From: a virus
Strand: one strand, 5' to 3'
Length of the DNA: 64,000 bases
Virus record (IMG/VR): IMGVR_UViG_3300026484_000295
Coordinates: 32,001-96,000 of that record
The notes beneath the pieces were generated by a model. It made no database searches and had not been told where the DNA came from. It saw only the letters and a list, made by a program, of their open reading frames with translations. Shown piece after piece: positions 39,501 through 46,704 of the stretch; position 1 is the stretch's first letter; every line of letters starts with the position of its first letter. The position numbers and the translations under genes were made by a program.

Positions 39501-39793
39501 GTTGTAATTTGTTTTCTTGCTGTTGAAGCAGAATCAATAGCATTTCTGCCTGGCAAATATATAGCATTTGCGTTTGTTAATTCCCAGTCAGCTCCCTCAC
39601 CAGTACCATTCCAAATTTTCATTAAACTTGTTGTTGTATCGAACCATCTATACCCTACCGTTGGTGCCGCAGGTGCATCTGGACCAACAGTATATTGTAA
39701 CGACGTTTCAATTTGTTGTTTAATTGCAACGTCTTTCTCATCAACTTTACTCATAATTTCATTGTGTAGTTGATTTAATCGTATCAAAGACAT
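36509..39793 (-). CDS. Large virion fibre/structural protein
   Basis: P.AP.VGYRWFD; shares ELVFLEVW, FPYGNVQY, DGDKLVQIRYR, RRNxG and DGLYYDE blocks with the 2376-aa protein. Late promoter at 39826-39833. Confidence 0.65.
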   Translation of the reverse strand: MSLIRLNQLHNEIMSKVDEKDVAIKQQIETSLQYTVGPDAPAAPTVGYRWFDTTTSLMKIWNGTGEGADWELTNANAIYLPGRNAIDSASTARKQITTGSGFLEFGGKINSSKTINKSMLANDGIPRIAGIIGEGENAIKKFWFENFFLLNANGYTEDTLDPSTGELTEVLVDGINLTIQGTIPNSEVITDNKLMAINLPDAPNTVDELVRDELVFLEVWREDITETGFVFPYGNVQYTGENADGIATEYFTGEVGYCESFDGDSITLTEIDQNGNETTTEKPKGRGWQWTNLKAAYKNIIAANYKHNIFVDGDKLVQIRYRVRVVSFAKNPATLLTDTTVLGYTKDNDATSVIKAQGKLGTINNSDDNYKILAPFNEDNPHSLNGTYSTEYTTDLSQDGYVFALPLAVVSRRNTGVFDTIFNPNGSARFRDGLRLVADYDESDDIIGFALMDIANATLASSTTGATWEDKYEIMMNWLFDRTTILASYDNAAGFVIGGDMNSGISGRYDGLYYDEVNEVDVHDLRIDINKQLDLVYILEQEFNKFILGEQRGWEQENHLYHWEGNIAQNALVQQADGSYLMDNGENVKGYGYVTELPIYYKLADGSEITGMDAKIATNITSGYTSSLFVRPGVESTDTNPRPFYSNKFTRRVQVKLMPVLDTNGEEQTDIDGNLIQKIVISDGAIYIDEVTEFILVSPKDRAARKSQLFADIIGDPKGNSFKFSTSMHTGNDLDADTILENGNIAFTGQNYYVYRGATKNLNDIQGTQTDNAGYFSIDETDTNTWIDITDKGGYSEGWKMYGNLGTAMVVNEEGDSMLPRDVISGIWDDNQNKQVYTNTKFFKLSKPVETIKKVIVTTDKKAGKKAFLTQITASNNGKSIIDQVDETPATFGFENSVYLTNNNTIAINWETFTDDAIVEIYYEVSSNPTSITVSTKVDMLGDIWLGNALKQDLGCKAISNLMDKVSIHDAPLGSKGAAKRIPLSTYLVNKGEDGAVLNNEWSILTHAEVDLAGNGPAIKILPYITSVRGEMFLKLLYKELDMDVDINGVAYKLDNNQFVVVDGETTDDNGGTGNMVKVGHRKIKLPYYFGDAV

Positions 39794-39894
39794 ATTATTC
39801 TCCTTTTCTTGTATAATTTCATTTTTATTTATAACTAATATTCTAAAATTAACTTTTAATAAATACAGATTATAAAATTATTATTTTACAATTT

Positions 39895-41616
39895 TTAATA
39901 TTTTTTTAAAATGCGTTTCCCACTATCTGTATAAATTAAAAATCCATTCATCAACATATTTTCTTTGATAGTTAGATTATTATCATATAATTCTATATAA
40001 GCCATTACATTAGTATGATCTAAACTATTACATGGAATAAATATATCCTTTTTATTATAATACAATGATTCCGAGATTGACCCTTCAAAACTAAAGTTAA
40101 TCTTAAAAAATAAATCTAAATATAAATTAAATCTCCTATCAATAGATACTATTATAGATTTATCAATCAATGATAAAATATCTATAAATGGATTAGTATT
40201 AAAATCTATTTCTGGATATATTGCAAATTGTTTAATTTCTATATTTTTTTTATGATTTGAAATCCCCATTACAGCTAGGAGTTCATTATTAAAAAATGCA
40301 CCATACATTTTTGTAAATGGTAAACTGATATTATATAAATGTTCATTTAAAAAATTAAAGCCCGTTGTTGTATCAATCATTTTAATTTCGAGTTCATCAA
40401 CATCCATTTTTTTTATTTTGTATTTTAATTTATAAAGTATAATTTGCTTGCAATACTCTTCATAATATGACCATTCGTATTCATAAAATTGTATTAAGTT
40501 TATATCTAAATTATCAGCATTTAAACTATTATCAATATAAGATGTATCTTTAGAAGTTGATGGCGATAAAATCTCTATAATAATATTTGTTTTTAAAATT
40601 TCTACTTTATCCAATTCTACTATCTTAAAATTATATCCTATCAAACCTAAAAAGCACTGGATTTTATTTAAAATATTTTTTCTATTATCTAGTATAGGAT
40701 TACATTGAGCACAAATAGGCAAATTATTAATATCAATTACGCTTTTAATTATACTATTACATGTCTTACATTTAAAAGTGTAAATATATTCGCTATCATA
40801 TATTTGCAAATCATCAATAAGAGTAACAAATATATTATCTTTAAATTTTTCAAAAATTTTATTATTAGTAGCGTTATCAATTTTTGATATAGATATAGGG
40901 TTTTTTTGTGCAGAATAACTGTCATATTTTGAAATAATTGTATTTTTACGTTTTTCTAAAATAGTTTTATTCTTTATAGGAAATATAGTTCCAAATTTTT
41001 TTAAATTTGTATCGTATGCTTTTTTTCTAATATAATCTAATGATAAAGGGTTGGGTACACCATACTTCATTAAATTAGTGGTTATTGTTTTATTTCTAAT
41101 TTCCTGAGATTGTTGAGCGTATTCCACACCATATTTCTCTATCATTGTTTTTTTTATTTTTTCTTTTGTACTATCCAATTTTGCAATAGAATCTACACCA
41201 TATTTTTCTTTAACTGTTTTTTTTATTTTTTCTTTTGTACTATCCAATTTTGCAATAGAATCTACACCATATTTTTCTTTAACCGATAATTTCAATTTCT
41301 TTTTTTGTTTATCATTTTGTAAAGGGTGTTCTGCCCCATAATTTTTAAGAAAGGTTATTTTTTGATTGTGTTCTTTTGAACAGCCTAAATTAAATATATT
41401 AGTACGTTCATTAAATGAGGCATACTTCGAACAATTTTTAAATTGGCATTTTGGAGGAGCATCCATATCCCTTATCAATAAATACCATTGGGCTTTTATA
41501 GATAAAGTCGGGTATCTCTTATTTAGATACCCAATAAGTTCTTTTGAAAAGTTTTTAAAATAAATATTTTTTTTAGTCTTATAATATTCAATTTCTGCTT
41601 TTAATTTAATTTCCAT
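39895..41616 (-). CDS. Hef-like homing-endonuclease-related protein with KYGV repeats (nuclease motif looks degenerate)
   Basis: Cys motifs, several (E/K)KYGV repeats, CKTC..CAQC and a C-terminal 'DRRF...DSG' pattern. Confidence 0.6.
   Translation of the reverse strand: MEIKLKAEIEYYKTKKNIYFKNFSKELIGYLNKRYPTLSIKAQWYLLIRDMDAPPKCQFKNCSKYASFNERTNIFNLGCSKEHNQKITFLKNYGAEHPLQNDKQKKKLKLSVKEKYGVDSIAKLDSTKEKIKKTVKEKYGVDSIAKLDSTKEKIKKTMIEKYGVEYAQQSQEIRNKTITTNLMKYGVPNPLSLDYIRKKAYDTNLKKFGTIFPIKNKTILEKRKNTIISKYDSYSAQKNPISISKIDNATNNKIFEKFKDNIFVTLIDDLQIYDSEYIYTFKCKTCNSIIKSVIDINNLPICAQCNPILDNRKNILNKIQCFLGLIGYNFKIVELDKVEILKTNIIIEILSPSTSKDTSYIDNSLNADNLDINLIQFYEYEWSYYEEYCKQIILYKLKYKIKKMDVDELEIKMIDTTTGFNFLNEHLYNISLPFTKMYGAFFNNELLAVMGISNHKKNIEIKQFAIYPEIDFNTNPFIDILSLIDKSIIVSIDRRFNLYLDLFFKINFSFEGSISESLYYNKKDIFIPCNSLDHTNVMAYIELYDNNLTIKENMLMNGFLIYTDSGKRILKKY
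41146..41283. repeat. Perfect 69-bp tandem duplication (2 copies, 23 aa)
   Basis: Units 41146-41214 and 41215-41283 each encode VKEKYGVDSIAKLDSTKEKIKKT. Confidence 0.9.
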
Positions 41617-41622
41617 AACATA

Positions 41623-42855
41623 TTATTTTGTAGCCAACCATTCTTTTCTGATTGAGGCATTATCATCAAAAAAGATTTGCATTAATTCATCTAAATGACC
41701 TTGATCGGTAATATTAAAGGCGTATTCCTCTAAATTTGAAAATACGTACTCCCAATCCGGTTTTTGCATAGAACCCAACCCTTTAAAGTAATCTATTTTC
41801 CACGAATCATCAACTGTACCAGATTCTTTAGCTTCATCAAATTCCTGTCTATTTGAATAATACAATACTTTTTTACCTTTTTTTGCAGCAATCATAGGAA
41901 ATACAATTCTATTGATAAATGGATTTTCATGATCCCAAAACAATTCTGGGAAATATTCATGAAATAAATTAACAACAAGATTATTAATGGCACTTCCGTC
42001 TGGGTCAGCATCAGTAGCTATATAAATTTTTGAATATTTTAATTTTGTATCAAAAGCAGGTCGCAACCATTTATGAAATCTATCTAATTTAGCATCAGAA
42101 TTAGCTTTTTTAATCTCTATATTTTGTGTTGATTTTGGTATTTTTTTAAGTAGCATGGATACCCTATGCCATTTTTTATCAAAATATACTTCATCAATAT
42201 CATTACAGATTAATGTTGTTCTACCTATTTTAACTTCATATTTAACACCATTTTTTCTAAATCCTCTAAATTCCCATTTTCTTCTAAAATGAAAGTAATC
42301 TGGATCTGAAAGATCAGAAATTGTAGCATCACTCGCTTCTATTTTTTGAATGTAGCCACGATATAATTTTTCATTATCTACTAATTCATCAACACTAACC
42401 CATTTTTTATTTAAGTGAAATTTATCTTCTGAGCTAACAATTACTGTTTTAATTATAGGCTCACCTTCCTTATCAACTTCAAAAATACTTTCAAATGTCA
42501 CCTCATATATGCGTGCATTATCACTAATCACCCAATCACCCATTTGTTCGTTAAACTCTAAATTTATTGCTGTAATTATATCAGCTACTTCATCATTATT
42601 CATTGCATCTATTGGTGCCTTACCATAGACATTTAAAACTTTACCTTTTAATGGCATTCCAGCTTGTGTTTCTGGATCTCTAATTTCAGTAAACGAAGCT
42701 ATTGCAGAATTATGTGTCAATAATCCATTTTCAAGAATAAATGTTTCATTATCTTCTACTTGTATATCATTCATATTAATGACTTTATTAGTACTATAAA
42801 CACTATTAATTTCTACCATATCAAATTCATCAATATTTATTTCATTCAATTGCAT
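41623..42855 (-). CDS. Split-intein C fragment fused to the type IIA topoisomerase TOPRIM portion (T4 gp39-C/gp60-like)
   Basis: aa 1-49 end DIQVEDNETFILENGLLTHN. The +1 residue is Ser of SA from the EGD-SA motif. PLKGKVLNV, ATDADPDG, YFKGLGS and RKEWL follow. Confidence 0.9.
   Translation of the reverse strand: MQLNEINIDEFDMVEINSVYSTNKVINMNDIQVEDNETFILENGLLTHNSAIASFTEIRDPETQAGMPLKGKVLNVYGKAPIDAMNNDEVADIITAINLEFNEQMGDWVISDNARIYEVTFESIFEVDKEGEPIIKTVIVSSEDKFHLNKKWVSVDELVDNEKLYRGYIQKIEASDATISDLSDPDYFHFRRKWEFRGFRKNGVKYEVKIGRTTLICNDIDEVYFDKKWHRVSMLLKKIPKSTQNIEIKKANSDAKLDRFHKWLRPAFDTKLKYSKIYIATDADPDGSAINNLVVNLFHEYFPELFWDHENPFINRIVFPMIAAKKGKKVLYYSNRQEFDEAKESGTVDDSWKIDYFKGLGSMQKPDWEYVFSNLEEYAFNITDQGHLDELMQIFFDDNASIRKEWLATK
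42709..42855 (-). mobile_element. Split intein C-terminal half (IntC, 49 aa)
   Basis: Has its own AAGGAG SD and ATG, carries blocks F/G and ends His-Asn followed by Ser. Confidence 0.87.
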
Positions 42856-42957
42856 TTAATCTCCTTATGTTATGTTTATTTTACATTTTTTTATGCCACA
42901 ATCTAAAACTTCTATCAATATCACTCTTATTAATTTAATAGTAATGAAATTATATTA

Positions 42958-43221
42958 TTATTTGGGTAGTTCACCAACCAAATATTTTTTTATTAATTCA
43001 TCAGGGTAGTCTTCTTTAAACTACTTATATAACGATTCAAATTTATTATATTGTCTGAAATTAGTGTTTGATATGCAATTGTAGTTTTTATAAGGTTCTA
43101 TGTTAGTTTCAATTTTATATTGGTGTTCAAACTAACCAAATGATGGTATAAGTGAAACGTAATAAATGTCTTCTCTTATACCAAAATAATATTTTAAGAT
43201 GTCGATTGTTTTAAGGTTCTT
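42958..43221 (-). pseudogene. Possible decayed ORF
   Basis: One frame of about 88 codons is interrupted only by two TAG codons and has no start codon. Confidence 0.3.
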
Positions 43222-43222
43222 A

Positions 43223-43858
43223 TTACTGTACGTCACTTAAACTAGTAATAACTTTATCAATGAAGCCTTCTTCTGCTGCTTCTTCCGGAGATAGCCACCA
43301 ATCTCTATCAGTTTTCTTTTTCATCTCTTCAAAAGAAGTTTTGCCACCTGTAAATTCTGATAAATATCTATTTAATTTTTCATAGAGTTTTCTCGTTTCT
43401 TCAACACTTCTTTCCATATCAACATACTGTGTACCACCTTGAATACCACTCATTACTTGATGATACATCAATCTACTATTTGGAAGTGAATAACGTTTAC
43501 CCTGTGCTCCACCAGATACTAAAAATGACCCCATAGATGCAGCACTACCAATACAAATAGTAACAACATCATTAGGTATCAAATTCATAGTATCCAACAC
43601 AGCCAAACCATCAGAAACACTTCCGCCGGGAGAATTAATGTAAAAATAAATATCTGCTTCTGGATCTTCAGATGATAATACTAATAGTTGCATAATAATT
43701 GACATAGCTGACTGATTATTTACATCACTATTTAACATAACAATTCGGTCTTTTAAAAGTCTTGATGGTAAGTCAAAACTACGTTCTCTATCTCCATCAT
43801 TCTCAATTACAATGGGAGCGTATGCTGCTTTCGGCTTTAAGTTTTGTTCTAAATTCAT
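43223..43858 (-). CDS. clpP: ATP-dependent Clp protease proteolytic subunit
   Basis: SRLLKDRIV, YINSPGGSV, AASMGS, MYHQ and DRDWWLS motifs. Confidence 0.95.
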   Translation of the reverse strand: MNLEQNLKPKAAYAPIVIENDGDRERSFDLPSRLLKDRIVMLNSDVNNQSAMSIIMQLLVLSSEDPEADIYFYINSPGGSVSDGLAVLDTMNLIPNDVVTICIGSAASMGSFLVSGGAQGKRYSLPNSRLMYHQVMSGIQGGTQYVDMERSVEETRKLYEKLNRYLSEFTGGKTSFEEMKKKTDRDWWLSPEEAAEEGFIDKVITSLSDVQ

Positions 43859-43915
43859 TATATTCCTTCTAAAATTAATTTATCATATTATATATTATTC
43901 TACATTAATTTAATA

Positions 43916-44332
43916 TTAAATCATAGATATATAATTTAATAAATCTGTTGTTATACTAGTTTCAGGCTCTATATTTTGTATAGCTTGAAAATTCTCTTTA
44001 AATCTTTCTCTATGATCATATATATCTATTATATTTTTTTCTATATTAAAAGTACCTGGAATAGATAATCTTTTATATTTTAGTTCGTACATATGAAATA
44101 ATAAACTTCTGGGTGCATTCCTATCACTTATATAAATATATGTCAATGTATTAAAGCCATTTTTAATCAAATATAATTTCCTATAAAATGGTAAACCCCA
44201 TAATATATGATGAAATTCATAAATATCTTGATCATCACCTATTAATTTTAAAAATAATTCAGGTTTACTTGTTTTTAAAACTTGCATTATTATTTCAAAT
44301 TGTTTTATAGCAGGATTTTCTTGATGCTTCAT
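43916..44332 (-). CDS. Hypothetical protein
   Basis: ORF in a translationally coupled minus-strand run. Confidence 0.6.
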   Translation of the reverse strand: MKHQENPAIKQFEIIMQVLKTSKPELFLKLIGDDQDIYEFHHILWGLPFYRKLYLIKNGFNTLTYIYISDRNAPRSLLFHMYELKYKRLSIPGTFNIEKNIIDIYDHRERFKENFQAIQNIEPETSITTDLLNYISMI

Positions 44333-44664
44333 GAAAAAATCACTTTACCAGTTATACTTTTATTACTAATATTATTAATACATCTCCATCTTTTGAGTTT
44401 TTCAAATTCATTAGGTATAACATCAACAATAGTCTCCATAATTGTTGTTGATGTACCCATTAACACTTTTTCTTTTTTAGGATTTGCTCTAGGTATTTTT
44501 GACACATTGAGATCATTTAATCCTATTTTTTGACGCATTAAGTCATATGATCTAACATGTTCGAAATAATTAAGGATTGATTGAGCATATAATAGTTCTT
44601 TCTTTAAATATTTAACTCGTTGTTGATACCATATCCATTGCTTTATTCTTTTAATATCAACCAT
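44329..44664 (-). CDS. Hypothetical protein
   Basis: ORF in the coupled run. Confidence 0.6.
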   Translation of the reverse strand: MVDIKRIKQWIWYQQRVKYLKKELLYAQSILNYFEHVRSYDLMRQKIGLNDLNVSKIPRANPKKEKVLMGTSTTIMETIVDVIPNEFEKLKRWRCINNISNKSITGKVIFS

Positions 44665-44936
44665 TTTTTAAATCCGCCTCTTTTTTTAAGTTTATTAATC
44701 CTTGCAGTTTCTATTTCATCTCTATAAATACCTTGAAATTCAGCCATAGCATATATAACCTCTATGACATCAGCATACTCTTCAATATCATTAAATGCGG
44801 TTTCTGAAAGCTCTTCTAATTCTTCATATATTTTATCTTTTAAAAAAATAAATTTTTCTGAAATATCTTCAGCAATATACATTCTATCAGTATCGATAAT
44901 AGATTCGTAGTTATCTCTAATCAATTTACTCATCAT
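44643..44936 (-). CDS. MazG-like NTP pyrophosphohydrolase
   Basis: KLIRD, KIYEELEE, EEYADVIEV and K..KRGGF motifs. Confidence 0.8.
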   Translation of the reverse strand: MMSKLIRDNYESIIDTDRMYIAEDISEKFIFLKDKIYEELEELSETAFNDIEEYADVIEVIYAMAEFQGIYRDEIETARINKLKKRGGFKKWLILKE

Positions 44937-45126
44937 TTACCCTTATAAATTTTTGTTGAAATTCTTCAATACTCCTAATATATGGGTTGTGATTGTCTTT
45001 ATTTAATTCAATATAGCCTATGGCTGGCACCCATTCATTATTAATTTGAATTGAACAAAAAAATTTAGGAATATAAATTTTATTATTCTTATAATGTCTA
45101 TAACCGGTATCAATTGTTACACTCAT
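44926..45126 (-). CDS. DUF1653-like protein
   Basis: YRHYKN...Y.RS..EF..KF pattern. Confidence 0.65.
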   Translation of the reverse strand: MSVTIDTGYRHYKNNKIYIPKFFCSIQINNEWVPAIGYIELNKDNHNPYIRSIEEFQQKFIRVNDE

Positions 45127-45380
45127 AATTGTACACCAGTCATATCAGCAACATATATAAGTAGATTTAATGTAGATTTACCATTTATAGGATTTACATC
45201 AGTAGAAATTTTTAATGTATCAACAATATCAATTGCCAACCATTTATTTTTCTTATCTTTCTCAGATAATGAATTACGTACTTCCAATCCAACAACTTGT
45301 TCTAAATCATTTAACATATCTATATCTATTGATATGCTTATAGCTTTCCATTTTCTATTTTTCCTATACATAGTTACCAT
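45123..45380 (-). CDS. Hypothetical protein
   Basis: 85-aa coupled ORF. Confidence 0.55.
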   Translation of the reverse strand: MVTMYRKNRKWKAISISIDIDMLNDLEQVVGLEVRNSLSEKDKKNKWLAIDIVDTLKISTDVNPINGKSTLNLLIYVADMTGVQL

Positions 45381-45388
45381 ACTATACC

Positions 45389-45619
45389 CTATTCTTGAAT
45401 TAATAGATGATCAATTTGAATTTTTAAATCTTCCATCTTTTTCATAGTTAATTCTTTAGTTTTAGAATCCCATATACCCCATAAATGCGAGGGTGATGAT
45501 TTGACTATCCGATCTGATGTTTTAAAAATATATTTGTAAACTCTTTCTTCCGGTTTAAATTCTATGTCTAAAATTGGTAAAGTTTTAAAAATTCTACCAT
45601 CATCTAATCTAGCAATCAT
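45389..45619 (-). CDS. Stand-alone intein (Hint) middle-fragment-like protein
   Basis: VYKYIFKTSDRIVKSSPSHLW resembles intein block B and KKMEDLKIQIDHL resembles N4. No N-terminal Cys block and no His-Asn end. Confidence 0.55.
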   Translation of the reverse strand: MIARLDDGRIFKTLPILDIEFKPEERVYKYIFKTSDRIVKSSPSHLWGIWDSKTKELTMKKMEDLKIQIDHLLIQE

Positions 45620-46047
45620 AATACACTTTCAACGAATGAAGGACATTCAATACTTATTTTTTTATATAAATCTTTATGTATATTTAAAATATTATTCATT
45701 TTTTTAATAATATCATCCGATACATATAAAAAATATTTTTCTGCATCATCTCGAGTCTTAAAAAATTTAAGCCCTTTTGAATTTGCTTCCCATCTAGATA
45801 ATTTAGTACCATCTTTCATTACAAGTGTTAAACGTGTTATAGAATCATCATCACACCAATAGCTTCGATCGCCTATTTCGATTGAAACTTCTTGTGGCTC
45901 GATGTAATCAACATCTACATGCTGTTTTTCATCACCCGCATATTTCTCAATTCTTATTCCAGAAACCCAAAAATTCTTATTCTCTTTTTTCACAGCCGAA
46001 CGTAAAACAGTTTTTGGAGAAACTTGTGTAATTACTCTTGACATCAT
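45616..46047 (-). CDS. Hypothetical protein
   Basis: 143-aa coupled ORF. Confidence 0.6.
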   Translation of the reverse strand: MMSRVITQVSPKTVLRSAVKKENKNFWVSGIRIEKYAGDEKQHVDVDYIEPQEVSIEIGDRSYWCDDDSITRLTLVMKDGTKLSRWEANSKGLKFFKTRDDAEKYFLYVSDDIIKKMNNILNIHKDLYKKISIECPSFVESVL

Positions 46048-46256
46048 TAATTACCATTATTATAATCGTATAGTTTTTTTGCACCATAAGCTAAAGCTAC
46101 AGAAATTCCGCCGTCAAATATCCCTGCTATTAACATAGCTGCCCCACCTGCACCAACCCAATAAGTTTCTTCATGTTTTAATGCACTTTTAAAATCGATT
46201 TTCGAACTTTTTGATTTATTTTTCATTCTTTCATAAGCATTCGTTCGTTTTTTCAT
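46047..46256 (-). CDS. Small membrane-associated hypothetical protein
   Basis: Basic N-terminus and a Gly/Ala-rich hydrophobic segment. Confidence 0.55.
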   Translation of the reverse strand: MKKRTNAYERMKNKSKSSKIDFKSALKHEETYWVGAGGAAMLIAGIFDGGISVALAYGAKKLYDYNNGN

Positions 46257-46312
46257 CTTTAGACCTTTTTAAAATATTTCTAAATTATATATTAATTTAT
46301 CTTAAAAAATTC

Positions 46313-46498
46313 TTAATTCTTCCAGCCAGATATTTTTGATTTACCATCCAAAACATTAATAACATCCTCAATCTTTTGAGCAATTTTAATAATATCTCTT
46401 TTTTCTATATGTGATTTATTAATAGTTTTTTCAACCATAATGATTGTCAAATCTATCCATGCTTCTAATTGTTTTAATAAAATTTCTTCTTGAGTCAT
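46313..46498 (-). CDS. Hypothetical protein
   Basis: 61-aa ORF with an AGAGGA SD. Confidence 0.55.
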   Translation of the reverse strand: MTQEEILLKQLEAWIDLTIIMVEKTINKSHIEKRDIIKIAQKIEDVINVLDGKSKISGWKN

Positions 46499-46659
46499 GT
46501 ATCTAATCCTCTTAAAATTTTTCCTAATATTGCGTTTATTTTGAACATTTCATTCCGGAGATATTCTTTATTTTGAACAATATTAATTTGGGAAAAGTCA
46601 ATTGATTTTAAATTTTGTGAGATTTTCTGGAGGTTGATTTTTATACTCTGTTGATCCAT
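46495..46659 (-). CDS. Small hypothetical protein (54 aa, not in the ORF track)
   Basis: MDQQSIKINLQK...RGLDT; ATGA-coupled to the 46498 ORF; TGTAAAAT at 46685-46692. Confidence 0.5.
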   Translation of the reverse strand: MDQQSIKINLQKISQNLKSIDFSQINIVQNKEYLRNEMFKINAILGKILRGLDT

Positions 46660-46704
46660 ATAAAATAATCCCTTTTTAGAGATTATTTTACATTTTTTTT
46701 AATT

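Noticed and set aside
42958-43221. TAG stop-codon reassignment
   Set aside because: Long genes are intact in code 11 and several end at TAG at sensible positions (e.g. 10856, 23049, 53535, 60811).
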